Shown here: piece after piece, positions 1 through 7,949 of the stretch
Layout: each line of letters opens with the position of its first letter
How positions within the stretch are numbered: position 1 is the stretch's first letter
Source: a virus
Virus record (IMG/VR): IMGVR_UViG_3300020404_000006
Direction: 5' to 3' (one strand)
Length of the DNA stretch: 64,000 bases
Made by a program: the position numbers and the translations under genes
The notes under the pieces: generated by a model
What the model saw: the letters and a program-made list of their open reading frames with translations, nothing else
Told to the model about the DNA's origin: nothing
Database searches by the model: none

Positions 1-1215
1 ACCAGTTGCCTTGTCTCCATCACAATCCAATCCGTTCATACCAAATACGGAACGGAGTGATACGTTAAAGATATATGGAGAAGCAGATCCAACAGTATCA
101 GACTCAACTACAACACTAGAGTTCTGAATTTCTTGTGGTGTTGGTAATGCGTTAGCAGGAACATTTGGGGTTTGAACTGTGAACTGAGTATTACTTGTAA
201 CTTCATCTACAAGGAATGAACCATTGTAGGAGTTGATTGCAGTTGTAATACCAGTAATCAAGACAGGAGTATCTTTGAATAATCCATGTGACTTGTTAGT
301 ATTGATAGTCAGAGTTGCCGTTGGTGTGTTACCATCACCAGCCCTGATAGATGTAACACCAACTGGATCAGTTTGTAAGTCACCAACGATTCTAAACTCA
401 TCAACACTAGGTTCAAAGTCATCAAATGTAGGATAGTCTCCAACTGGTCTACCAGATGAGTCTCCATATGCCTTTGCAACCTTGAAGTAGAACATATCAA
501 GGTCTGTCAATCCACTGTCTGTGCCATCAATCAAGACGTTGTTTACACCATCAGCATAAGTAAATGTTGCTAACTTATGGTGTGAGTATGAAGGGGTTTT
601 TCTATTACTATCATAATCATAGTATGCAAGCTTGGTGATGTCTGCATCAAAAATGGTGAAGGCAGTGAAATAACAAGTACCTGTAACTCTAAGAACACCA
701 CCATATTCCATGGCATCATTCTGAGGATCAGGAACATAAAGTGGTCTTAGTTTGGTTTTACGAAGATCTAAACCAATGATAGATGTACCACGAGGCATGA
801 TAGCACCACCTTCGGTACTATTATACTTGTATAGTTCGTTATTAGGATCTAGAACATCAAAATTACTTTCTGTTGTAAACTGTTCTAGAGAAGTTACTTG
901 ATATCCAGCGTTCTTTCTGCACTTAAATTCTGCGTTACCACCACTATTTGTAACAGTAAATCCAGGCCTGTTGTCAATATAGTGTACGCCAGGATATGCT
1001 AAGATAGTTGTTCTGTCTATCTTATCGTTATTCTTACCAACTTGATATGAAAATCTTGCAGCCTCAATCAGCGCCCTCTGTATAGTTTTGAAGGGTCTTG
1101 TCTGAGAGTTACCTCTGTTTTCAATACTATCAGTCGCGTCAAAGTCACTAGGGTTTACATAGAGTATATTACCCTCAGCGTTCTTTAGAAAGTTTTCTAA
1201 TCTTGATAGAGGCAT
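1..1215 (-). CDS. Large cyanophage virion structural protein, N-terminal 405 aa (runs off window; missing from ORF track)
   Basis: ATG at 1215; reads MPLSRLENFLKNAEGNILYVNPSDFDATDSIENRGNSQTRPFKTIQRALIEAARFSY..., an N-terminus typical of cyanomyovirus structural/fiber proteins; no stop seen before base 1. Confidence 0.8.
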   Translation of the reverse strand, partial: MPLSRLENFLKNAEGNILYVNPSDFDATDSIENRGNSQTRPFKTIQRALIEAARFSYQVGKNNDKIDRTTILAYPGVHYIDNRPGFTVTNSGGNAEFKCRKNAGYQVTSLEQFTTESNFDVLDPNNELYKYNSTEGGAIMPRGTSIIGLDLRKTKLRPLYVPDPQNDAMEYGGVLRVTGTCYFTAFTIFDADITKLAYYDYDSNRKTPSYSHHKLATFTYADGVNNVLIDGTDSGLTDLDMFYFKVAKAYGDSSGRPVGDYPTFDDFEPSVDEFRIVGDLQTDPVGVTSIRAGDGNTPTATLTINTNKSHGLFKDTPVLITGITTAINSYNGSFLVDEVTSNTQFTVQTPNVPANALPTPQEIQNSSVVVESDTVGSASPYIFNVSLRSVFGMNGLDCDGDKATG

Positions 1216-1272
1216 TGCACCAACAACCTATAAAATTTCTTCTAACCTATTTAGACAGGATCAAATGACTAT

Positions 1273-1974
1273 CTATAAGAACAGTCTTTGACTCAACCTC
1301 ATTTCCTCTTCATACATGCCTGCCGTAACAAATGGTGCTTGCAACATATCAGCGGGAATAATAATCGCTCTATTGTATTCCATACCAAACATCATACATT
1401 GTTTCCATGCAAGAACTGATTCATAAACATCTTTTCTAAGTGAGAAAGCATCAGCATCTGCATACATATTCTTCATGTCCTCTTGAACAGAAGTCTTTCC
1501 AGCAAATGACCAAACATCAGTGCCACCGCAGTTGGGCATATTTTTATTGAGAAAAATTTCTATGGTAAATTGAAATGGACTTGGGTTTTCTGCATAGTAA
1601 ACTTGATGTGGTAGTAACTGTAATGGTTGTTTAGCAACAGTATCTTGGTCAATCCAATCCACTAGGAATGGCATGAAATCCATGTTCTTCTCTACAAAAC
1701 TTCTATCTGTTGGTCTACCCCAGAATTGGTCATCATAGAGTAATTCTTTGAATAATCTTTCAGTGTTCTTCCGTAACTCCTCAGTTTCAAGAACTGATCT
1801 AGTTCCTGAGTGATGATTAACTAATGGTATATCTTCTCTCTTTGGTAATCTAAGTGCCAGATTCCTTATCTCATCAGGATTCTGGTAAAAATTATCTATC
1901 AACATAGCAGACCTATTCTCAGGTCCTATCTCATTGATAGCAACAACTTCTAACTTTTCACTTAATTCAAACAT
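1273..1974 (-). CDS. DUF6445-like putative 2OG-Fe(II) oxygenase-fold protein
   Basis: IDNFYQNPDEIRNLAL N-terminal motif, YNRAII and RLSQRLF C-terminal motifs. Confidence 0.55.
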   Translation of the reverse strand: MFELSEKLEVVAINEIGPENRSAMLIDNFYQNPDEIRNLALRLPKREDIPLVNHHSGTRSVLETEELRKNTERLFKELLYDDQFWGRPTDRSFVEKNMDFMPFLVDWIDQDTVAKQPLQLLPHQVYYAENPSPFQFTIEIFLNKNMPNCGGTDVWSFAGKTSVQEDMKNMYADADAFSLRKDVYESVLAWKQCMMFGMEYNRAIIIPADMLQAPFVTAGMYEEEMRLSQRLFL

Positions 1975-2155
1975 CTTTGTTTCTTTCTTCTACTAAATGT
2001 TCAACTTCTGAGGCAACTTTGTCCATAACCTCTCTCACATTAGTTCCTGATCCAGAGGTGTGGTAGTAATTCTGCCCTTCGGGGGCATAATGTCTGGTGT
2101 GAAGTGTCCAATGCCACTCTTTAATATCTTTTGAATACCAGAATTGTAATCTCAT
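1967..2155 (-). CDS. Hypothetical protein (62 aa)
   Basis: ORF track; overlaps next start in operon fashion. Confidence 0.6.
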   Translation of the reverse strand: MRLQFWYSKDIKEWHWTLHTRHYAPEGQNYYHTSGSGTNVREVMDKVASEVEHLVEERNKDV

Positions 2156-2177
2156 GAGTGTTTTAATTTATATAGGA

Positions 2178-2192
2178 GGGGGCAAAGCCCCC
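2178..2192 (-). terminator. GC-rich hairpin closing the tmRNA coding piece
   Basis: GGGGGC-TTT-GCCCCC; no clean U-tract follows. Confidence 0.55.
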
Positions 2193-2236
2193 ACAGTCAC
2201 TTGGTTAACAAGGAGTGACTAATCCCCGATTGCCCC

Positions 2237-2332
2237 TTAGGCAGTGACGAGTTCGTCAGTGCGGGCAAATTCTCTTGTGAGAACACGAGAGAATGCTACG
2301 ATGTTGTTCGCAGCGGTGTCGATGTTATTAGC
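2237..2332 (-). other. tmRNA tag reading frame: ANNIDTAANNIVAFSRVLTREFARTDELVTA* (31 aa; 24 aa if resuming at 2311)
   Basis: GCT AAT AAC ATC GAC ACC GCT GCG AAC AAC ATC GTA GCA TTC TCT CGT ... GTC ACT GCC TAA read directly; resembles marine cyanobacterial ANNIVxFSR tags. Confidence 0.85.
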
Positions 2333-2486
2333 ATCTGTGTTTTGCTTATCCAAGCAGGTTTTCAGTCATGTTCCGTATACCCTGTCGAAGCCTGGGCATC
2401 CCCTTGAATGGAGATGAGGGGAATCGAACCCCTGTCCAGAATGTCGGTGACACCACCTACATGTCTTTTTGAGTCATACATCAGGA

Positions 2487-3077
2487 CTATACAATCCATG
2501 ATATCCACGAATATCTGACTCCTTTTGTAACTGGAGTCACTTCATGTGGAAACAAGTACAATGCTGGAAATACTAACACACTTCCCTTCTTTATATTGAC
2601 TGTGTGTTCCTTCCAAAACCTAAACTCACCTCCTTCAAAATCGTCATTCAACACACCCACCACACTGGTAACAGGTATGCCTCTAAATTGTCCTTGAAAG
2701 AAATCTCGTATATGATCGTAGTGAGGACTCAAATAATCGCCAACATTATACTTATTAAATTTTATACCTGAGCAAGCTTCCCAAAATGAACCGCTAGTTT
2801 GACCCTCCTCAACATCATAGTAATTATATTTTTCATGAAAAGCAGCAAACAACTCACCATTTATATGTGGTTGTATTATGTTTGTAGCCTCTGGAGCAGT
2901 TACGGTTGATTGCATATTTGATTCTTTATCAATATCAACCTGTTCAAAGTCCTGATACCACGAGAATTCACCCCATTCACGAGAATCTAAAAGAGATACT
3001 ATCTGATCACATTCCTGATCAGATAGCAAATCATATTCAAATATGTGGTCTTTAAGATTCGGGTATTTTAGGACCAT
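2487..3077 (-). CDS. 2OG-Fe(II) oxygenase (prolyl-4-hydroxylase-like)
   Basis: HYD...GGEF...FP...HEVTPVTKGVRYS facial triad and RxS motif. Confidence 0.9.
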   Translation of the reverse strand: MVLKYPNLKDHIFEYDLLSDQECDQIVSLLDSREWGEFSWYQDFEQVDIDKESNMQSTVTAPEATNIIQPHINGELFAAFHEKYNYYDVEEGQTSGSFWEACSGIKFNKYNVGDYLSPHYDHIRDFFQGQFRGIPVTSVVGVLNDDFEGGEFRFWKEHTVNIKKGSVLVFPALYLFPHEVTPVTKGVRYSWISWIV

Positions 3078-3154
3078 CTTTTAACACCTTCTTGCCAGTT
3101 TGTTTGGCAATATATGCCGCTAGTTCTGGAGTTTCTTCCCACTCCCAGATTTGG

Positions 3155-3457
3155 TTATGTTGTGGATTCTTCTTTTGAATCGTGAGTGTGCGTTTTACCA
3201 ATTTCAACCTCCCTAGATAGAACTTCGATTTCTTTTTCAAGGCCAATGATCCGAAGTTCTGCATCATTAGCCGATCTTTCCAGAGCCCTAACACTGGAAG
3301 AAATTTTTGCAATCTCAGCACCGAAGGCATCTATGTTTTGCAAAAGTAAATTGTTGCCAAATGTTTGAGGATGTCCCTTCTCTGCGTAGGCAGTATCTTC
3401 TACTTCCTCACACTTCTTAAGATATTCCTCCTTTGACATTCTGTTGTTGTCAGTCAT
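3155..3457 (-). CDS. Hypothetical coiled-coil protein
   Basis: ORF track, ATGA overlap with upstream gene. Confidence 0.6.
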   Translation of the reverse strand: MTDNNRMSKEEYLKKCEEVEDTAYAEKGHPQTFGNNLLLQNIDAFGAEIAKISSSVRALERSANDAELRIIGLEKEIEVLSREVEIGKTHTHDSKEESTT

Positions 3458-3981
3458 GAGTATTCCATGTAAATGTTTCCAGATATTGTAGTTCCCTCAT
3501 TGCCTGAGTTGACCATGTGCATGAGGAATGATGGGAATATAATTATACTCCCAGGCTCCAGATTCGGTTTATAGTCTAACGGAAACTGGGGCAAAGTGCA
3601 ACCAAAATGGTTCTGAATGTTATGAATTGAAGGATTAAAAAATGCAGTTCTTGATGTCACATCAACATATATCACATAACTCCATTGACTTTTAGGATGT
3701 ATGTGAGCATCTTGGTAATCATGTTTCTTATAAACATTCCTCCATATATGTCCAAACCTTGCGTTCTTTCCCATCAGTTGTGCTGAATAGAGATTTCTCT
3801 CTACCACACCAGATAAGTAACCCCAGATTGATTCTGGAATCTCTTCTTGTTTCTGCGATGAGAAACTAGACATAACTCCAGAATCCCAAGTGGGTTCTAA
3901 GGGAGCAAGAGGAATACAATCAAATTTAGTTACATCAACCTGATCATGAAAGATAGGTATTCCAAAGATTTCTTGTTTCAT
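3454..3981 (-). CDS. Putative 2OG-Fe(II) oxygenase (TIGR02466-like)
   Basis: HIH...WSYVIYV...IIIFPSFLMHMV...TISGN. Confidence 0.8.
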   Translation of the reverse strand: MKQEIFGIPIFHDQVDVTKFDCIPLAPLEPTWDSGVMSSFSSQKQEEIPESIWGYLSGVVERNLYSAQLMGKNARFGHIWRNVYKKHDYQDAHIHPKSQWSYVIYVDVTSRTAFFNPSIHNIQNHFGCTLPQFPLDYKPNLEPGSIIIFPSFLMHMVNSGNEGTTISGNIYMEYS

Positions 3982-4610
3982 TCTGAAGGTAATGGTACAG
4001 TTCTCATTGTTTTGTAGACAAGACTTGCTCTAAGTCCACGATATACTTCATTTGGTGGCATACCATGATGCCATATGTTCCCCTTGAAGAACACAACTCT
4101 GCCTGGGGCAGGGTCTACACCTTGCCATTCATCATTTAATTTATACTTTATCTGTCCTCCCCACTCTGGTTGCCAATGTTTATTAATATAGTAAACAAAA
4201 CTTATACCGTTATCACATGTGCAATCTTGATGAGGCGTTGTATTATGTATCCACTGTTGTCCATTTATCATTATCTCACCAAGTTCCACTTCAAATGGAA
4301 GTGTGTGCATAACTGCACTGTAGATCATTTTGAAGGAACTATCCTGTGCAATATCATTTCTGTCTGGAGGAAATATTTGTTGTTTCAATGCTGGTGCTTC
4401 TTCCCATGTTGGGTCTGCACCGACATCTCTACCATCTTCGGCATATCCACTGGTATGTCCCCAGAACCAGTTGTATCCTGTCATCACCATGTCATGTACT
4501 TGGTGAACAAACCAAGGCGGAAACATGTAGTCTACAACATAGACTTCATCCTTAGTCAGATCGTACTGTGACCAATCTAAGAATTGCTTTCTGCAATCAA
4601 TGTGTATCAT
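3978..4610 (-). CDS. 2OG-Fe(II) oxygenase
   Basis: PHQD...WQPEWGGQ...PGRVVFFKGNIWHHG...RASL. Confidence 0.85.
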   Translation of the reverse strand: MIHIDCRKQFLDWSQYDLTKDEVYVVDYMFPPWFVHQVHDMVMTGYNWFWGHTSGYAEDGRDVGADPTWEEAPALKQQIFPPDRNDIAQDSSFKMIYSAVMHTLPFEVELGEIMINGQQWIHNTTPHQDCTCDNGISFVYYINKHWQPEWGGQIKYKLNDEWQGVDPAPGRVVFFKGNIWHHGMPPNEVYRGLRASLVYKTMRTVPLPSE

Positions 4611-4612
4611 AG

Positions 4613-4774
4613 TTAATAAAGCCAGTCCTCATACTCGCCATCTACATCTAGTTCAGCGATTCTTCTCTCTTCTAATTCTCTCATGTCATCATGTAGTCTC
4701 TCCACAGGTGTTTTTTTCTTGTGCATTTTCTGATACTGATTTGCAGCAAGATTGTCTAAAAAATCATTCATCAT
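4613..4774 (-). CDS. Hypothetical protein (53 aa, MMNDFLDNLAANQY...)
   Basis: Shortened start of track ORF 4613..4810. Confidence 0.6.
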   Translation of the reverse strand: MMNDFLDNLAANQYQKMHKKKTPVERLHDDMRELEERRIAELDVDGEYEDWLY

Positions 4775-4886
4775 AAGTATAATGTTGGTTTTGAGATTTA
4801 AAACTTTCAACCTGTTCTTTGGTTTTAAAGAACTTAAAAAGTTTTACATCTGAATGTTCTTTAAGTTGATACTTTACCTTAATCAT
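4764..4886 (-). CDS. Small hypothetical protein (40 aa, MIKVKYQLKEHSDVKLFKFF...)
   Basis: Hand-translated; fills the gap with overlaps at both ends. Confidence 0.55.
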   Translation of the reverse strand: MIKVKYQLKEHSDVKLFKFFKTKEQVESFKSQNQHYTYDE

Positions 4887-6523
4887 AAGTCATACCCAAA
4901 CTCTGCCCAGTTGTAATCTTCTATCGCTAATGCGTTTTTTTCGTTTGTTTTCTGTCTAGAATTGATGTATCCTATTGCTTGTAGGAAACCCCAAGCCCTA
5001 GTCTCATCTTCATTCCTCAGACTCCTCATAGCTTTCGCTCCATTTATATAGTGGTTTATTTTGGGTACGTTTGCGTTGATCAATTCATTCATTTCTTGTG
5101 TTTTGACCACGATTGCGTTATCGTATGTACCACAATCGCCTGGTATAGATCCGCCTGGAGGAACATTAGCGTAACCAATGGCATTTCCACCAGCATCTGT
5201 ACCACCCACACCAATAAAAATTCTCTGTCCTTCTGTTGCATAAGTGGTGCTAGATGGAGAACCATCTTCATCAACTGTACTGTAGGTAGGCCAGTTGGTT
5301 GTTCCTACATAATATTCAGCTCTACCATTACCAACTGCTGGCTCTGGATCTTCAATAACCTGTCTCCATTGTGCGGTGATGTTAGGATCACCATTGTTAA
5401 TTAGATCTAATTGGTGTCCTTTTCCTATGTTTACATTCTTGGCAATACCAATCTCTACTGGGTCGATTGGATTCTTAGATGATTCAAACTGAAGATCTTC
5501 TATATCGCCTGGTCTTACAACTATGAAAGAACTGTTTATGCCTGCTGTGGTAGGTTGTTGACTCAAGTTTGCAAAGTAATAATCAGATACAATGCCAATG
5601 TAGAATGACGTTCCTATGTCCTTGTTAACTGTGATACTCACGGCATTACTCAATTCAAACACATTGAGAACCATTTGTGCAGCGGATGTAATACCTGTGT
5701 TATCAGTATAAGTTATAATACCTACAGCAGTTGAAATACCTGTGATGGTAGTTCCAGATGCAACCATCCCTCCTCCACTTTTACCTGTATCACCATATAC
5801 AAAATCTCCTACACTAAAGTGTGTAAATATACCAATTTTACCATCGGCATAAATTTTGTTATCACCAGATGTACAGAATCCAGATAGAGGATAAACCTCA
5901 GCAGGGTATGGTGTCAGTCCAAATCCAAGAACACTTGTAGCATTACCTGATGGAAATATGGTTGGATTTATAAGAGCATCAGTAATCAAATCTCCTGTTC
6001 TAATGCCAGGATTTCTACCTGTGGTAAAACCAGTTAAGTATTCTGCATCAGCGTCGAATATCACCATGGCAGTACTACCTACGTTGACATCAGCGTTATC
6101 AATAGTCTCTACAACATTAGCACCATACTCCATGTTCTTTGGATACTTGAAATACTTAGCTCCGTAGAATCCCAAGTACTGATATGTGCCAGAATCTTTT
6201 TGACACTCCCATACCTGTACTTCTACATCATCATCATCACCAAATCTACTAAAATCAGATGTCCCTACTTGAACCCATGCTAAGTCACTCCTACATCCAT
6301 GAGATATTCTCTCCAGATACGCATTTTGAACAGCCGTTATTGCTGTGTTGATGGGATCAATGAGTGGAGGTAGTTTACTATCCAGTTTAATAATTATCTC
6401 ATCGAACTCGTCAATGAGTGCATCAGTCAATGCTAACTGTTCTGCAAGAACTTTACCCTCTTGTTTTTGGGTTTCGTTACTATCTCGTAATCTTTTCGCA
6501 ATTTTCTTTGGATCAGCAGCCAT
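4883..6523 (-). CDS. Virion structural protein (baseplate region)
   Basis: 546 aa, Gly/Thr-rich beta-type composition, downstream of gp5 module. Confidence 0.6.
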   Translation of the reverse strand: MAADPKKIAKRLRDSNETQKQEGKVLAEQLALTDALIDEFDEIIIKLDSKLPPLIDPINTAITAVQNAYLERISHGCRSDLAWVQVGTSDFSRFGDDDDVEVQVWECQKDSGTYQYLGFYGAKYFKYPKNMEYGANVVETIDNADVNVGSTAMVIFDADAEYLTGFTTGRNPGIRTGDLITDALINPTIFPSGNATSVLGFGLTPYPAEVYPLSGFCTSGDNKIYADGKIGIFTHFSVGDFVYGDTGKSGGGMVASGTTITGISTAVGIITYTDNTGITSAAQMVLNVFELSNAVSITVNKDIGTSFYIGIVSDYYFANLSQQPTTAGINSSFIVVRPGDIEDLQFESSKNPIDPVEIGIAKNVNIGKGHQLDLINNGDPNITAQWRQVIEDPEPAVGNGRAEYYVGTTNWPTYSTVDEDGSPSSTTYATEGQRIFIGVGGTDAGGNAIGYANVPPGGSIPGDCGTYDNAIVVKTQEMNELINANVPKINHYINGAKAMRSLRNEDETRAWGFLQAIGYINSRQKTNEKNALAIEDYNWAEFGYDL

Positions 6524-7377
6524 TAGGTTCCATCTCCCTCATATTCTACAACTAATTTAGGAACATCTTTACGTTCAGCACAGACTAGATAACTGCAACG
6601 TATGTTGTGAGTTTTGAAATTATGTGGATTTACTATTATACTTAATGTATCTCCTTTTGAAACAGTATAACACAAATTTTGATTAATTCCAATAGGAGTT
6701 AAATGAACTGTTATGCTATCCTCATGAACCAGATCTTTCCAATAGTCTGGCAGTTCAATCACATTCTCTCCTTTCAATACTCCTCTAACATATACACCAA
6801 CCTCAGGACCCTCAATACAAGCATGTGCAAGACGATGACCTTCTCCTTTAGATGGGTGCGGAATATCAAACTTTTTGAAAGGTGCAGCAACTGAACCAAA
6901 TGCCCCAAAACCTGCAAATATCTTTGCACAAGTTATGTTGCCACCAACTGCAAGTAAACCAGCTATGGTAGCGAATCCAGCAACATTTATATTTGCGTTG
7001 AATTGAGATATGGCATTACCAACCTTCAATCCGTTCATGGTATTAATACCATTTGTAATACTTGCGGAGTTTCTAATCGTAGCACCAAACTTTGTACACA
7101 ATCCTGTAAAGTTACTGACTGCTATGACATTTAATACCCCATAGTAATTGGATATACCATGAACCTGTAAAGATAATGGTGCTGGAAAACTCATTGGAGG
7201 TCCAATCATGACCGTTGCCATTGGAACTCCAATATTAGGAACTAATCCAAAGTATGCAGGACCATTCGCCACCAAAGTGCCAGGAAATACCTTCGGTATG
7301 CCTGGCAAAAATGATGTGTCTAGTGCTCCGATGACAACCTTGTCACCGAACATTCCTATCGAAGCCGTTGCTGCCAT
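6523..7377 (-). CDS. Baseplate/spike-associated protein with tail-fiber-type C-terminal domain
   Basis: KKFDIPHP...LAHACIEGPEVGVYVRG...IELPDYWKDLV...TVHLTPIG domain common in phage fiber proteins. Confidence 0.55.
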   Translation of the reverse strand: MAATASIGMFGDKVVIGALDTSFLPGIPKVFPGTLVANGPAYFGLVPNIGVPMATVMIGPPMSFPAPLSLQVHGISNYYGVLNVIAVSNFTGLCTKFGATIRNSASITNGINTMNGLKVGNAISQFNANINVAGFATIAGLLAVGGNITCAKIFAGFGAFGSVAAPFKKFDIPHPSKGEGHRLAHACIEGPEVGVYVRGVLKGENVIELPDYWKDLVHEDSITVHLTPIGINQNLCYTVSKGDTLSIIVNPHNFKTHNIRCSYLVCAERKDVPKLVVEYEGDGT

Positions 7378-7949
7378 TATAAGAAGTCCTTAAATCTATC
7401 GAAGGCACCGATCAAAGCGCCAAGAAATCCACCCTGTATCTTATCGGTTTGTGTACCTATATCAACTGATGATCCACCAGAGACCTCAACGAAGTTACCA
7501 CCAAGAGAAAGGTTCTTAGTACCAAGAACATTTGTGTTACTGGCATCTAAGTTGAGAATAGGAGTCTTTCCTATGTAGATTTGCTCGCCTCCTCTCATAG
7601 TAAGTTCACCAGAGGCATCAAATCTTATATTTCTACCCTTTAATAATATATCACCATCTTGAGCTTCTATCACAATATGTCCGTATGCAGCACAAATAAT
7701 TTTACTGGGTTCGTCCTCCTTTCCTCTTATACCTACAGTTTCGTATGAACATCCATTTACAACTAACTTTTGAAGTCCATTCTTATAGAAAGAAATGCCT
7801 TGGTTATTATCAGTGATTACAGAATAGTCTGTCTCTTGTCCCTTTAAGTTTCCATCAGTAATTTTGACACCAGAAGTGACACGAAAGCCTGGATTGGTAA
7901 TGAAATATTCATTATCAGTTGTACTAACAACTTTTGGTTCAGTTGCCAT
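7377..7949 (-). CDS. Putative spike beta-helix protein (gp5 C-terminal-like)
   Basis: Alternating IxIxA/G beta-strand repeats (IVIEAQDGDILLKGRNIRFDASGELTMRGG); abuts gp5. Confidence 0.45.
   Translation of the reverse strand: MATEPKVVSTTDNEYFITNPGFRVTSGVKITDGNLKGQETDYSVITDNNQGISFYKNGLQKLVVNGCSYETVGIRGKEDEPSKIICAAYGHIVIEAQDGDILLKGRNIRFDASGELTMRGGEQIYIGKTPILNLDASNTNVLGTKNLSLGGNFVEVSGGSSVDIGTQTDKIQGGFLGALIGAFDRFKDFL

Larger units (their letters stand above)
2178..2460 (-). ncRNA. ssrA: Circularly permuted two-piece tmRNA gene (acceptor piece ~2460-2409, 5-nt intervening segment 2408-2404, coding piece 2403-~2178)
   Basis: Minus strand: GGAC-AGGGG-TTCGATT-CCCCT-CATCTCC-A (T arm, acceptor 3' strand, discriminator A), then TTCAA, then GGGGATG-CCCAGGCTTCGAC (tmRNA 5' end). 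Acceptor stem GGGGAUG/CAUCUCC has 7 bp with G3.U70. Inter-piece helix AGGGT/ATTCT, CGG/CCG, TGAC/GTCA, ACCTGC/GTAGGT. Cyanobacterial ANNIV-type tag frame ending TAA. Confidence 0.95.

Noticed and set aside
2409-2440. T-arm plus CCA as a standalone tRNA fragment or integration attachment site
   Set aside because: It pairs with the downstream GGGGATG segment as a full Ala-type acceptor stem and is followed by a tag frame, so it is part of the permuted tmRNA; no integrase is in the window.
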